Assembly: GCA_002633005.1 (NCBI GenBank)
Contig: NMRA01000654.1
Location: 1-56,900, forward strand
Direction: 5' to 3'
From: Phoronis australis
Lineage: Eukaryota > Animalia > Phoronida
DNA length: 56,900 nt
Of this stretch, positions 11,217 to 23,871 are shown in pieces. Position 1 is the first letter of the stretch; the number at the start of each line of letters is the position of its first letter. A program made the position numbers and the translations under genes. The notes beneath the pieces were generated by a model that saw nothing but the letters and a program-made list of their open reading frames with translations, was not told the DNA's origin and made no database searches.

Positions 11217-12515
11217 GTTGACCTAGAGCTGTGTATAAAAATCGTAAAGAATGTTTGATGCGAGTGAAGTGACCTGGCGGTTAAGCCTGACCCGGTCAGG
11301 CTACAGCTACGACTTGTGACTTGTGTAGGTGCAACATACACTGGCATAGCCGTTCAGTACTAGTACTAGTTAAGTATGAGGCTACGATACTCCCATCGTA
11401 CTATGTGCTCATTTCAGCCAAATGTGTTTTGAACCAGAGGTAGTCCAGTTCCCCGACCACAAACTATAAAGTTTTCACCTGTAGTGTAAGTGTACCCATT
11501 TTAGGCATTTTACTAGACAACTTTTCCCATTATTTTATACTTCCATTATTCCATAATAGTAAATTCTGTGGTATTTCTGGAAAAGCCTAGTCAGTGGAAT
11601 AAAACATTTTTGCTTTCGATTCAAATGTTGTTGCTTAATAGAAAATTGATCAAGAAACTAATATTTTACAAGCGATAGAAGACAACTTACTTGGCTCAGG
11701 AAAGTGTGCACCCAAGATAGACACCTCACTACTAAGCGTTTCCAAAAGGCAAAACCACGTCTTTACAAGTCATTGTGATTTCCTGGCGACTAGCAATTTA
11801 GTTAAACTGAGGAATTTCAAGTTTGCGTAGTTTTCAAAAATAGACACTTCCCAGTCATCTACTTCCTCTGCTGCTTTAACGTGTTAATACTAGCGTTTAA
11901 AAAAAGCAAGATTTTGCGCATGCGTATTTGATACTGCCTTGTTTATATAACGAAAATCATTACAGATAGCCACCATTTTGAGTAAAATGAAATCTACCTC
12001 CAAAATAATGGACTTTTCTGTTTCACAATGTTCACAGTTATAGCACAAGCAAGACAGATTCATTGAGCCTACCTGTGATAAAGACCTCAAAACTGCCACC
12101 AAACCTGATCTATCCCAAGAATATCCACGACGACAGCCTAACTGTAGAGTGCCACCTCAATCACTTCAGTGGCCACCATTTACGAGGTTAGTTACATTTG
12201 TAAGGTCTCAAGCATGGTTTTGCGTGATCTCACTTTTCTCACTAAGAACTTGGTCTACAGAAAACTTCCGTGACTCAACCATCACAGACTGCAATGTATG
12301 TGTCTGTAGACACTGTGTTGTTATACGCACTTCTTCTCTGCCTGTACATCAACAGGATACAAATTGGATGTATTAGTATAATGGTTGGGCATTTCAACTT
12401 TATACACAAGTGTTGTGTGATTTCATATGGATTTCATTCATTTTAAATTTTGCATTTCAGGAAGGGATATTCATTGGAGGCCTTGTAAAACAAAATCTAC
12501 ACAACAAGACAAAAG

Positions 12516-13694
12516 ATGGCGCTAGAAGTGTGGATAACAAAAGTGCTGGTCCTGAGTGCGCTCTTCATTGTTACGTTCTGCTTCAGCTTGATACCCGTCA
12601 AGTTCATGAGCGTCGTAAAAAAGACAACCGACAGCAACAAGCAGCATCGATATCAAACAGCAATCAGTTTTTGCTCATGTTTCGCTGCTGGCGTGTTTCT
12701 AGCTACCTGTCTTCTTGACTTGTTTCCGGATGTGCGAGAGAAAGTTAGTGAAGCGTTTGATCAATACGAAGTGGTGACGTCCTTCCCGTTTGCAGAATTT
12801 GTGATGGTCTTTGGACTGTTCCTAATCTTACTCATTGAACAACTCGTCTTGTACGTGAAAGAACATAAGGACAGTGCTGAAGTAGAGAAGGAACCCTTAT
12901 TGCCAAGTGCAAGTAGAGCGTCCTCACGAAGGAGTTCCATTACATCATTGTCGTATCGGTCTGACCGTGCTCTCTCCATTGGTATTAGCGATCAACCAGT
13001 CATACACCATGAGAGGCCCTCACGGCCGGTCTCACCCAACCTAGATCAAGACTTAACTCAAATTGAACCCAACTTGGACACTGTGATCTCAGAAGAACAT
13101 CACCATGGTCACCACGGCCACGGACACAGCCATTTTCATGATGAGTTTTCAGTTCACCATGATCTGAGTTCTCACTCCGTTATCCGATCAATACTGCTTC
13201 TGTTGGCTCTATCATTCCATTCTGTTTTCGAAGGACTTGCAGTTGGACTCCAACAAACGACAGACAGTGTTGTTAATATTTTTGCCGCTCTGGTCATCCA
13301 CAAATCTATTTTGGCTTTTAGTTTAGGCATCAATTTAGTCCAGAGTAGACTTAGTTTTTGGGCAACCATTCGGTCAAACATCTTATTTGCTGTTACTTCC
13401 CCTATTGGAATAGGAATCGGTATATTTGTTCTAGATGTAGCCAATTCAAAATCGGCAAACTTGACTAGTGGTATATTACAGGGTATTGCCTGCGGAACTT
13501 TTCTATATGTTACGTTTTTCGAGGTGCTACCTCACGAGTTTAATAACGAGGAGCACAGGCTCCTCAAAGTGCTGTTTTTAGTCTTAGGCTTCAGCATAAT
13601 AGTAGCTGTGATGTTTCTTGATCCTGAAACAAGTGATGTGTCGCCTCATCATGTCATTGATACCAAAACTACTGTTATCCCTGCTAGTGTCTAA
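12516..13694 (+). CDS. SLC39A1: zinc transporter, ZIP subfamily II (ZIP1/ZIP2/ZIP3-like)
   Basis: 392-aa intronless ORF; 3+5 hydrophobic helices; CFAAGVFLATCLLDLFP, His-rich loop, TM4 ALSFHSVFEGLAVGLQ, TM5 IHKSILAFSLG, LQGIACGTFLYVTFFEVLPHE. The symbol indicates co-orthology to vertebrate SLC39A1/2/3. Confidence 0.96.
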   Translation: MALEVWITKVLVLSALFIVTFCFSLIPVKFMSVVKKTTDSNKQHRYQTAISFCSCFAAGVFLATCLLDLFPDVREKVSEAFDQYEVVTSFPFAEFVMVFGLFLILLIEQLVLYVKEHKDSAEVEKEPLLPSASRASSRRSSITSLSYRSDRALSIGISDQPVIHHERPSRPVSPNLDQDLTQIEPNLDTVISEEHHHGHHGHGHSHFHDEFSVHHDLSSHSVIRSILLLLALSFHSVFEGLAVGLQQTTDSVVNIFAALVIHKSILAFSLGINLVQSRLSFWATIRSNILFAVTSPIGIGIGIFVLDVANSKSANLTSGILQGIACGTFLYVTFFEVLPHEFNNEEHRLLKVLFLVLGFSIIVAVMFLDPETSDVSPHHVIDTKTTVIPASV

Positions 13695-14879
13695 AACACT
13701 GGGTGTTGATTTCCGATGTTTATACAGTAAGAACTGCACACTAAATTTTTTAAAATTTAAAATATTTCCTGGGAGGTTCTTCCAATGTTTGGGTAAGTGC
13801 TCATGTTCTGCTGGAATAGGTAAGGTTTTTGCCAATTTTGGTATTGGTGGATGTGTATTTCAAGAGGTTTGTTGTTCAGCCTCAGCTCAAGCACTAAGAA
13901 ACTAACACGAACTTGGAAATCATTTTAATGTTGTAAGGAGAAAGTTGAAGCCAGTTATAACATGGTTTTTTCCTGGTGGAATGCAGGTTTATACCAGGTT
14001 ATAGTTTTTTATCCTAAAAGTGCTGTCTGAGTTAAGTTGGTGCTTACTGAAAGAAATGCGAAATTTTGCTTTTCATCAGGCTTCCCTGTTTCCAGTTGAA
14101 AAGACCCTTCTATATGTCTCATCTTGCCATGATCTTAAAAACGTCTGAAGTTGGACTTGGTGAGATCTGCTTTAGAGTTTATTTCACGAGACTTGGGTCT
14201 GTTGAAACCTTCTAATTCCGTAAAATGCTTTGTGGACTAGGTGAGGTTAGTCTAGCTGCCAATGATTTGACCTGTTTGTTGATGTATGTGTCGCTTAGGA
14301 TCTTTCAAATAGTACCTGTTTAATTCTACATTCATTATTTATTTTTGTCTTTTATGCGTTTTGGTGGCGCGTTTTCTCTCTTTGACAGCCTAGGGTTCAC
14401 CAATTTCAATGACAGAGGTCAATTTCTAAGGTTGCAATCAGATTTTCGAAAATTGACCACTGTTCTTTAAAACGTCACTAGAAATAAAATATGATTATAT
14501 TTTGCATTCCTAACTTCTTTAATCTTATGTTTTTGTTGTAGTATGAGGACTTCTTCCACCCCATTCCCTGCATTCATTTTGCTGGGGTTGTGCAAATGTG
14601 ACTGGTGTTCCTAAAAAATCATCTTAATTCTAATCCGGCTTGCAGTTAGTTTAGACCTCGTTTCTTGCCCCGAGATTCTTCCATTTCAAAGAGTGGGTGG
14701 ATTCGCGTGATGCCTTAGTATCAGAATAGAAGGGAGCATTTTGGTGGTGGTGGGCCAAAATTAGGTCTCTCTGACATCCGAGCTCTCTTTATATTACGTG
14801 AAATCCTAGACTTGCGTTTGCAACTCAGGCGAAATAAAGCTACATTTGAAGTTTCCCAGGTTCTTTCCTAATTCTACCG

Positions 14880-16628
14880 TTTTTTATGCGCCCACATTTA
14901 TATGTGGACGCATTATGCCGTTTTCTCCGTCCGTCCAGCGTCCGTTCAGTGCTTTATCTTTTTGTTGTACGTCCATGAAATTTTGCACGTGTTCCTATCA
15001 TAGATGAGCGAACTTTCGGACGGATCTGACTACCGGTTTGCCCCCTAGTGGCAATTTCAGTTTTTTACGCTTACGATATCTTTCTTCAAAGGTCCTAAAC
15101 GTATTTTCATAAAATTTGGCATATAGGCATCAGTCGGGTGACATAACGCTATCCTCCCGTTTTTGGATGGATTCGACGTAGTTTGCGCCACCTAGTGGCC
15201 ATTTTTGCTGTTTTCGGGTTTGTTTTTGGCGTCCACCCCTCTATCAACCAACCCGCTCTAAAGATGATCGTGGAAATTGGCATGTATGTTTTTATTAAGA
15301 AGAGGACGGCTGACGATGATTTTCCGACGATTTCGACTACTGTGGCGCCTCCTAGTGGCAGTTTTGTCTCTTTTTGCGCCCATGCCGCTGTATCTCCTAA
15401 ACCATTGGCAGGATCTTTACTACATTCTGCAAGCATATTTATATGATGTTGACAAGGGATGACGACAACTTTCGGACAGATCTGACTACCAGTGTGCCCC
15501 CTAGTGGCAATTTATGGTTTTACGTTTACCTCTGTATCTTCAAAAGTCCTTAACGTATTTTCATAAAATCTGAAATATAGGCACCTATTAGTGAGATGAA
15601 GCTATCATCCCATTTCCGGATGGATTTGACGTAGTTTGCACCACCTGGTGACCATTTTTACTCGTCTTAGTCTGTTTTTTGGTGTCCACCCCTCTATCAA
15701 CCAAACGGCACTATTGTAAGGATGATTGTGAAAATTGGCATGTATGTTCCTACTACGAAGCTTGGCGATGATTTACTCATGACTTCGACTACTGTGGCGC
15801 CTCTTAGTGGCAGTTTTTTTGCGCCCATGGCTGTGTCTCCTAAACAGTTTGCAACAGCTTTGCTTAATTTAGCAAGTGTATTTATATGATGTTAACAACG
15901 GAAGTCAACAACTTTCCGACGGATCTGACAACCAGTGTGCCCCGTAGTGGCAATTTTCATTTTTTAAGCTTACCTCTGTATCTTCAAAGGTCCTCAACGG
16001 ATTATCAGAAAGTTTGGAATATAGGCATTTATTGGTGAGATGATGCTATCCTCCCGCTTTTGGATGGAATCGACTTGCACCACCTAGTGGCCATTATTCC
16101 TGTTTTCGAGTCTTGTTTTTTGGCGTCCACCCCTCGACCAACCAAACCATTCTGAGGATGACTTTGAAAATTGGTACATGGTATGTTCTCAGTCTGAAGA
16201 GGACGGTTGACAATAACGCATTCGACTACTAGCGCCTCCTACTGTTAGTTTTGTTTTGTTTTGTGCCCATAGCTGCATCTGCTTAACTCACTGCAGGGTC
16301 TTTATTAAATTTAATTTATTGTATTTATATGAAGCTAACAACAGATGACGATGTCTTTCATGCGGATCCAATGAAAGCTGTGTCCCAAAGTGGCAATTTC
16401 ATCATTTTTTGTTTTCTTTTGTTTCTCCGAAGTTCCTTGACAGATTTTTATGAAATTTGCTAACTAACTTTCTATTAAAGACGCAATGGCATGTACCCAT
16501 TTTCAGGTGGATTGGATGTTTTTTCGCTCTCTTGTGGCTATTTTTGTGAAACAAATAAACAACCCTAGAAGTACTTCATTTGCGGTGCATTCGTGAGCGC
16601 ATTTCAACGCTCCGCGTTGCTCTTGTTT
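14880..16628 (+). mobile_element. non-autonomous Helentron-associated element (HINE/DINE-1-like), complete copy with internal tandem repeats
   Basis: T-run, 5' subTIR ATGCGCCCAC (14886-14895) with nearby inverted copy GTGGACGCAT (14904-14913), (GTCC)n patch, ~3.5 x ~450-bp internal repeats, 3' subTIR GTGAGCGCAT (16593-16602), terminal hairpin CAACGC-tcc-GCGTTG (16605-16619), ends CTTGTTT. Confidence 0.85.
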
Positions 16629-18295
16629 AGGGCTGTGAAGATCTTGGTTGTAGTCTAAAGAAATTTCGATCAGCTGCAAGGGTGATTCCGCCATGGGGGG
16701 TGAAGTCATGCCTGGGTATTAACACCGGTCAGGTGATAAATAATCCGTCACAGGCCAACGATATCAGAACCCAAGAGACATCTGGGCCGGGATGTCATGT
16801 TTCTCCACAAAGCAGCTTACAAGTCTGCAGCCACTAACTAGGGCTCAAACCACAGTGGCCTTGCCTGACTCGAGGGTAGGGCAATGACACGGGCTCCACA
16901 ATCCAATTTACCAATCTGGGCGACCAGGTTATGCATGGGTTACAGGCTATGCCCAATAAATGATAAGTAAAAGTCTAATACACGCTCCCCTCTTCCGAAA
17001 GCGGTTGCCGGGAACCAGTTTTCATCGAAAAACGGCCATGAAACGGTTCAACCAGTTCCTAGTTTTCTCCTGAGACAAGTGACCAGAGTTTGGCTCACCT
17101 ACGGTCGGGAAAAATCAGCCTTGGCTGGCGTCAGCACTGACTTGAGACTTTTGGAGCTCGATCTCTCAACGGAAGACATTTCGCGTCTCAGGTATTCATT
17201 TCATTGCGGTCGTGGCTGTCAACTCAGTGTTAAATTTTATTTAATTCGCGCTTTCATAGGCGTGGCTAAGTTGTTTTGCTTTCGCCTATGGGAAATACGT
17301 TGATCAGCAACTTTGAATGAAAAAAATGTCCAACTATGAGAGGGGTTAGAATAATTTGAAGAGTGAAAGTCAGGGAATGAGCACAATAAGACTTGGCCCT
17401 GGCACTGAGAGAAGCAACCCCCGGCCGGAATTGAATTTACTGAGGCTTCCGGCTTTTGATTTCATCACTTCCTCCGATTTTTACATTTCGTAGCCCGAAG
17501 TATGCATGTAAATGACAGTCACTTACAGTCATTTGTCTGATTGACAGATGCCGCCGCACCCCGTGGACGTAGGACATCCTAGAGTAGACCACGGGCGGTC
17601 TGAAGTCCATGATCGTAGCCGGGGTCAAAGACGTACCACAAGTATATTGTTTTTATGTTTGATTGTATTTGTACTTTAGCCAGACTTTCCGTTTTCAAAA
17701 TATACCAGACTCTTGCCTTCGTTTCTCAATATTTCGTGTGTTTCACAATGAAACTATCGCTGGTGAGAAGGCAACTGATGAATACATGTTTAGGTAAAAC
17801 TCAACAGGTCTATTCTTAGTTTAATAATGGCATCAGTAATTTTAATCCGCCATGATAACAACATTTATCAAAAATAATTCCCTCGTGAGCAGATTTGCCA
17901 TCAGCCAGTTTAAGTTTGCACATGCCAGCTATGTCGTTTAACTTGTGACAGGCAGCATGTGACTTGGGCTTGTCAAGTTGGAGTCTTCGCTTAGCGAATG
18001 AGTACGCGAGTGACTCACATCGATCCGTTTGCGTGGAGTTTCGCCTATACAGGCGGGAGCCATGAAATCAAACGAAAATTATTTGTGGACCAAAACAGTA
18101 GCACCACTGAGAAAGACACTCCCCTTGCGCCTCATGCTTGACTTAGTGGCATGTGCTTTAATGCCTTGAAACACTTCGGGGGCAATCTTTTAGCGAAAAA
18201 CGCACTATTTCGGATTTTAAATATGGGCGCCAGAACGTAATTACACGCATAGGCCTACACAGTTGCGTAAAAACAATTTGAAACTACGGTCTGCA
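16528..18295 (+). repeat. copy A of a 1.77-kb direct duplication (copy B 19542-21312)
   Basis: Colinear and near-identical with scattered SNPs/indels; copy B starts immediately after the single N at 19541. Confidence 0.95.
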
Positions 18296-19540
18296 TATTT
18301 TTATATATCTATATATATATATATTTATTCAATAACTAGGCCTCCGGCCCTTGTTACAATCAAATCATCAAATACAATAAAGTTAAGTGTCAAACACTAG
18401 AAGTAAACCGAATTCTTCTTCGCTTGAATGCAAAATGAACATATTTACATGTTGACCATATAAGATCTTTTTCCTCCATAGTCATGAGTCTGTTGAATTT
18501 TGTAACATTGGGATTGTTGTAGCTCAGGCAAATATCGTTTCCTAAGGTCATCGTAGAATGGGCATTCGATAACAAAATGATATTCCGACTCGACATATGT
18601 CCTAAAACAGAGAGGGCATAACCTTTCTGTTCTGCTAAGTTTCAAGTGTCTACCCTTTTCAATCATTAGTGCATGCGCTGAACATCTCAATCTCACCATA
18701 TCAGATTTAACATTTACGTTGTCAATTACATCTAAATAGTTTTCAAAACATATATTTAACTTAAAAGTTCTGTAAGTTTCCAGCTTAATCGAATTGTTCA
18801 AAATATCTTGCCATTTTTGCTGATCAATATCTTTGCATCTTTGTTTAAAAAGTGATATGAAGCTTGTCTCGGAACCTACACCCTGATTATACCATGCTTC
18901 TCCAAAACCAAACTGAAATAACAATTTCTTAACATCATTAACCCAGCACGGTTTATTAACATTTTCCGTCATATTGTACTGCCATTCATAGCAATGATAT
19001 GTAATTTTTGACTCATCGGTTTTTAATAGTTTTAACCAATATTTCATAATTCTAGGAAGTCGGTAAGCAATCAAGGAGTAACGACCCATCTCACCTCTAG
19101 CAGTCGATGAAATTGCCGTGCTAGGCAAATTTAAAATTTCTTTACAAAATTTTGTGTGGACTATTTCAATACATTCGCAATCATTAAAACCCCAGATCTC
19201 ACAGCCATAATGAAGTATCGGCAATATTTTACAATCGAATAATTTTAAACTAACTTTAACAGGGAGTGCATTAAAACCATTGACATTTTTTCTCATCAAA
19301 TTCACTGCCTTAGTAGCCTGTAATGATAGAGTTTTCTGTGCGCAAGACCACGAACCTTTCGTAGTAAACATTAATCCTAGATATTTGTATGCATTTACAA
19401 TATTAACAGTATTCCCATCATACGTCCATTTTTCATACGATCGTAACATTCCACCTTTTCTGAAAACAATTATCTTAGTCTTCGACATGTTAACAATCAA
19501 TTTCCATTTCTGGCTATACTCATATAAAATGTTCAATTTT
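18296..19540 (-). mobile_element. 3' portion of a non-LTR retrotransposon ORF2 (RTE-X-like), with 3' UTR and (TA)n tail
   Basis: ORF 18445-19536: RT C-terminal motifs VNMSKTKIIVF, YKYLG, ILHYGCEIWG, GEMGRY, C-terminal ERLCPLC...ESEYHFVIECPFY; one frameshift near 18525 (true end at 18390); AATAAA followed by TA repeats at ~18330-18296; cut by the N at 19541. Confidence 0.9.
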
Positions 19541-19541
19541 N

Positions 19542-21312
19542 TCTCTTGTGGCTATTTTTATGAAACAAATAAACAACCCTAGAACTTCGTTTGCGGTGCA
19601 TTCGTGGGCGCATTTCAACGCTCCGCGTTTCTCTTGTTTAGGGCTGTGAAGATCTTGGTTGTAGTCTAAAGCAATTTCGGTCAGCTGCAAGGGTGATTCC
19701 GCCATGGAGGGCGAAGTCATGCCTGGGTATTAACACCGGTCAGGTGATAAATAATCCGTCACAGGCCAACGATATCAGAACCCAAGAGACATCTGGGATG
19801 TCATGTTTCTCCACAAAGCAGCTTACAAGTCTACAGCCACTAACTAGGGTTCAAACCACTGTGGCCTTGCCTGACTCGAGGGTAGGGCAATGACACGGGC
19901 TCCACAATCCAACTTACCAATCTGGGCGACCAGGTTATGCATGGGTAACAGGCTATGCCCAATAAATGATAAGTAAAAGTCTAATACACGCTCCCCTCTT
20001 CCGAAAGCGGTTGCCGGGAACCAGTTTTCATCGAAATACGGCCATTACCTACGGTAGCAGGGAAACTGGTTCAACCAGTTCCTAGTTTTCTCCTGAGACA
20101 AGTGACCAGAGTTTTGCTCACCTACGGTCGGGAAAAACCAGCCTTGGCTGGCGTCAGCACTAACTTGAGATTTTTGGAGCCCGATCTCTCAACGGGACTA
20201 GACATTTCGCGTCTCAGGTATCCAATTTCATTGCGGTCGTGGCTGTCAACTCAGTGTTAAATTTTATTTAATTCGCGCCTTCATAGGCGTGGCTAAGTTG
20301 TTTTTGCATTCGTCTATGGGAAATACGTTGATCAGCAACTTCGAATGAAAAAATGTCCAACTATGAGAGGGGTTAGAATAATTTGAAGAGTGAAAGTCTG
20401 GGAATGAGCACAATAAGACTTGGCCCTGGCACTGAGAGAAGCAATCCCCGGCCGGAATTAAATTTACTGAGGCTTCTGGCTTTTGATTTCATCACTTCCT
20501 CCGATTTTTACATTTCTTAGCCCGAAGTATGCATGTAAATGACCAGTCACTTACAGTCATTTGTCTGATTGACAGAAGCGGCCGCACCGACCCCGTGGAC
20601 GTAGGACATCCTAGACTAGACCACGTGCGGTCTGAAGTCCATGATCGTAGCCGGGGTCAAAGACGTACCGCAAGTATATTGTTTTTATGTTTGATTGTAT
20701 TTGTACTTTAGTCAGACTTTCCGTTTTCAAAATATACCAGACTCTTGCCTTCGTTTCTCAATAATTCGTGTGTTCCACAATGAAACTATCGCTGGTGAGA
20801 AGGCAACTGGTGAATGCATGTTTAGGTAAAACTCAACAGGTCTATTCTTAGTTTAATAATGGTATCAGTAATTTTAATCCGCCATGATAACAACATTTAT
20901 CAAAAATAATTCCCTCGTGAGCAGATTTGCCATCAGCCAGTTTAAGTTTGCCATGCCAGCTATGTCGTTTAACTTGTGACAGGCAGCATGTGACTTGGGC
21001 TTGTTGGAGTCTTCGCCGAGCGAATGAGCGCGAGTGACTCACATCGATCCGTTTGCGTGGAGTTTCGCCTATACAGGCGGGAGCCATGAAATCAAACGAA
21101 AATTATTTATGGACCAAAACAGTAGCACCACTGAGAAAGACACTCCCCTTGCGCCTCATGCTTGACTTAGTGGCATGTGCTTTAATGTGAAACACTTCGG
21201 GGGCAATCTTTTAGTGAAAAACGCACTATTTCGGATTTTAAATATGGGCGCCAGTACGTAATTACACGCATAGGCCTAGTTGCGTAAAAACAATTTGAAA
21301 CTACGGTCTGCA
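19542..21312 (+). repeat. copy B of the 1.77-kb duplication (includes a second HINE 3' end at 19542-19639)
   Basis: Matches 16528-18295; carries the perfect subTIR GTGGGCGCAT. Confidence 0.95.
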
Positions 21313-23871
21313 AAATTGGTTTCATATTTTTTTCATATATAGGGCTTCACTGACGCCGCCACGTTGATAGCGCCGAGTAATGGTTACCTGCGACTGATAT
21401 CAATAGTGATAATCGTTCTTTACTTCTCACTTCGTATCGACTTTCATTAATTCACTGAAAGTGAAGATGCCGTGTAACCCGGACTTCTAGTTAGACCATA
21501 ACCAAAAATCTTTTAGGAATGGTTTGTTTAGTTCTTTTACGAACTAAAGCGTGCAGAGAGTATCTTCAAGCTCTACAGGTTTCTACACCACTGTCAAAAG
21601 ATGAGTGAGTTACCCTGAACGGCCAGTGTTGGAGCGCTATAGTGATGCGGCGGTTACAATGCTAGTCCAGATAATATAATAGTGTTCTTGTACGAGACCC
21701 GGCCAAAGGCTTTAAAAGCCCGAGGTAACTGAAAGACGGCGTTTCGCATACGATGACGTAATTGTAAGAGTTGCGAAGTCCCCATTGCACATTGATAAAA
21801 ATGGACCTTCCGTATTTCCACCCAGCATTCTAGTTGTACCCAGCCTAGAACAAATTCACCTAGCTGTATTATCTGGGAATTTCGCTTCCCGGCCTTGAGT
21901 TTGCCAAATTTTCTCTCCCGATTAAATAACAATATAAAACAACCATACTGTACTGAAACAACTGTATTGCATAATGCATACCACAAGACTTAACAACGCG
22001 TACGGTTCAATGAAGACATACTGAGGTAACACGGACAAACTTCAGTACTGTCAGAAGGCAAAATGAAAATGCCTATAAAACTCAGAATTCAATGTCTACG
22101 AAAACGTTGACAGTATATAAAAAACAATCCATCAAAAAGTGAAGACTTCAAACTTGAAACATTAGACCTAGTCATGTAGATCATTACGGGAGTGAACCAA
22201 AGTACACTGAGCTTACCAAAGTAATAGGCACTCGTACAAAATCTCGGTAACTATTCGCCTGGCCAATACCCTCTGCCGTTTACGACCCAGACGACTGATT
22301 TCTCCAATATGAAGAACGAATTCTACTTAATTCGCTTGTGCTGTGAGGAAATAGCGCAAATTGGTAGACGATGGTTTTCATGTTCTTGTTGGTAACGGAA
22401 ATGGGAATCTTATTATGGTAAGGAAAAGGTATTTATAAGGAAAATGTATTGGTAAGGAAAGTTATGAGACCTGTCTGTGAGAATAAAAAGCCAACTTCGA
22501 TGTTCCTGTTTTTGCCAGCTAAACGGGGCGAAACGCAGCTTCAATTTAACCAGAAAATATGTTGGTGAATACCCCGAACAGACTATAGTAAGTACTTAAA
22601 CAAGTACTGACAAAGCACTTGATAGTAAACATACTAAATTAGATCCAGGATTCAATAAACACTAATGGGTCATAGGTTAAATCAAACTGGCAACTTAAAA
22701 GTAAAAATTTTTCCTCATAATAAGCTCATTTTCCAAATAATAAACACAACACAAACTCTTCCAAGTTCAACAAGATCTACTCTGATTAATTAGTTAAGAG
22801 TAACTAATAATAGACTTGTATTTAAATCGAGGGGGTTCACAGAAGTGTCACACGATTGAATCTATTAATGATCCCTCTAAATTTCACCATTATTAACTCA
22901 TGAACATTCAAGATTCAGGATGCCAATATGTCTTTGGCAGAGTGCAAATGGATGGATACACTACTTGGCTTGCAAATGACCTACACCAAATGTAGGACGG
23001 GTCTGAGACTCGGCGAAGTTTGAAACATAGGATGAAAATTTTTGAGCCCAAACCAACATCTCCTCTTGGGTGTTGGGGCTAGGAGAGTCACAGCTCACAC
23101 CAACACCTAGTCAAATTTTAGTATGACGTAGAAATGAATAGGGAACTGAAACAACCCATAGTTAGTATGGTTTGTTCAGAATTTGGATGCCAAAGCAAAG
23201 CAAGTTAGCACTCGTTTATTGCAACTGGCTAACAACAGCTGTGGGAGTTCATTGGCCTATCCAGAATAAAAAAGTTAGTTCTGCTGATACAAGATGTAAT
23301 AATCTTTATTGCAGTCCTATCTCTACACAGCAAAATACCTTCCAAAAACAGAAATTTTGAATTGGGGTCATAAAAACGCATTCACGCGGCATTGATGGTA
23401 GACCCCCTGAGAAATTGGAAAATTCATTTTCAACGCTCTGTTTTTGAAATACCTGGATGAACCCATGGGTAAGTTCTTACAAAAGCTTTAAACAATTAAA
23501 ATAATGATCGAAACGAAAAGTTTGCACGTTCTGTGCCGTTGATTTCACGATCACCAAGCAATGCTTCGAAAAAGAAGAACTGAACCTATGAAAGAGGCTA
23601 TCTCATAATAACTTGAAAAATATGCAAAAATGATGCAAGCCACCAACTGACAACCTTGTAAACAACACTTAACCAGAAAAGAAATCTTTAGCAAACTAAT
23701 AATCATAATATAAATGATATAAATATCATAGGCAAGCAAGCTTTAAATAAATGGAAATTTGTTAAAACCTGCAAACAGACCCATGTTAATTCTAAACATC
23801 ATGTAGTACATAAACAGTGGCCACTTCCTTCATATTCTCGTATATTCTCAACCATACCAACGACACAGAAC

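Noticed and set aside
15149-15462. short ORFs in the HINE repeats (also 36628-36937 and 44603-45483)
   Set aside because: They lie in non-coding transposon repeats and the frames are not preserved between repeat units.
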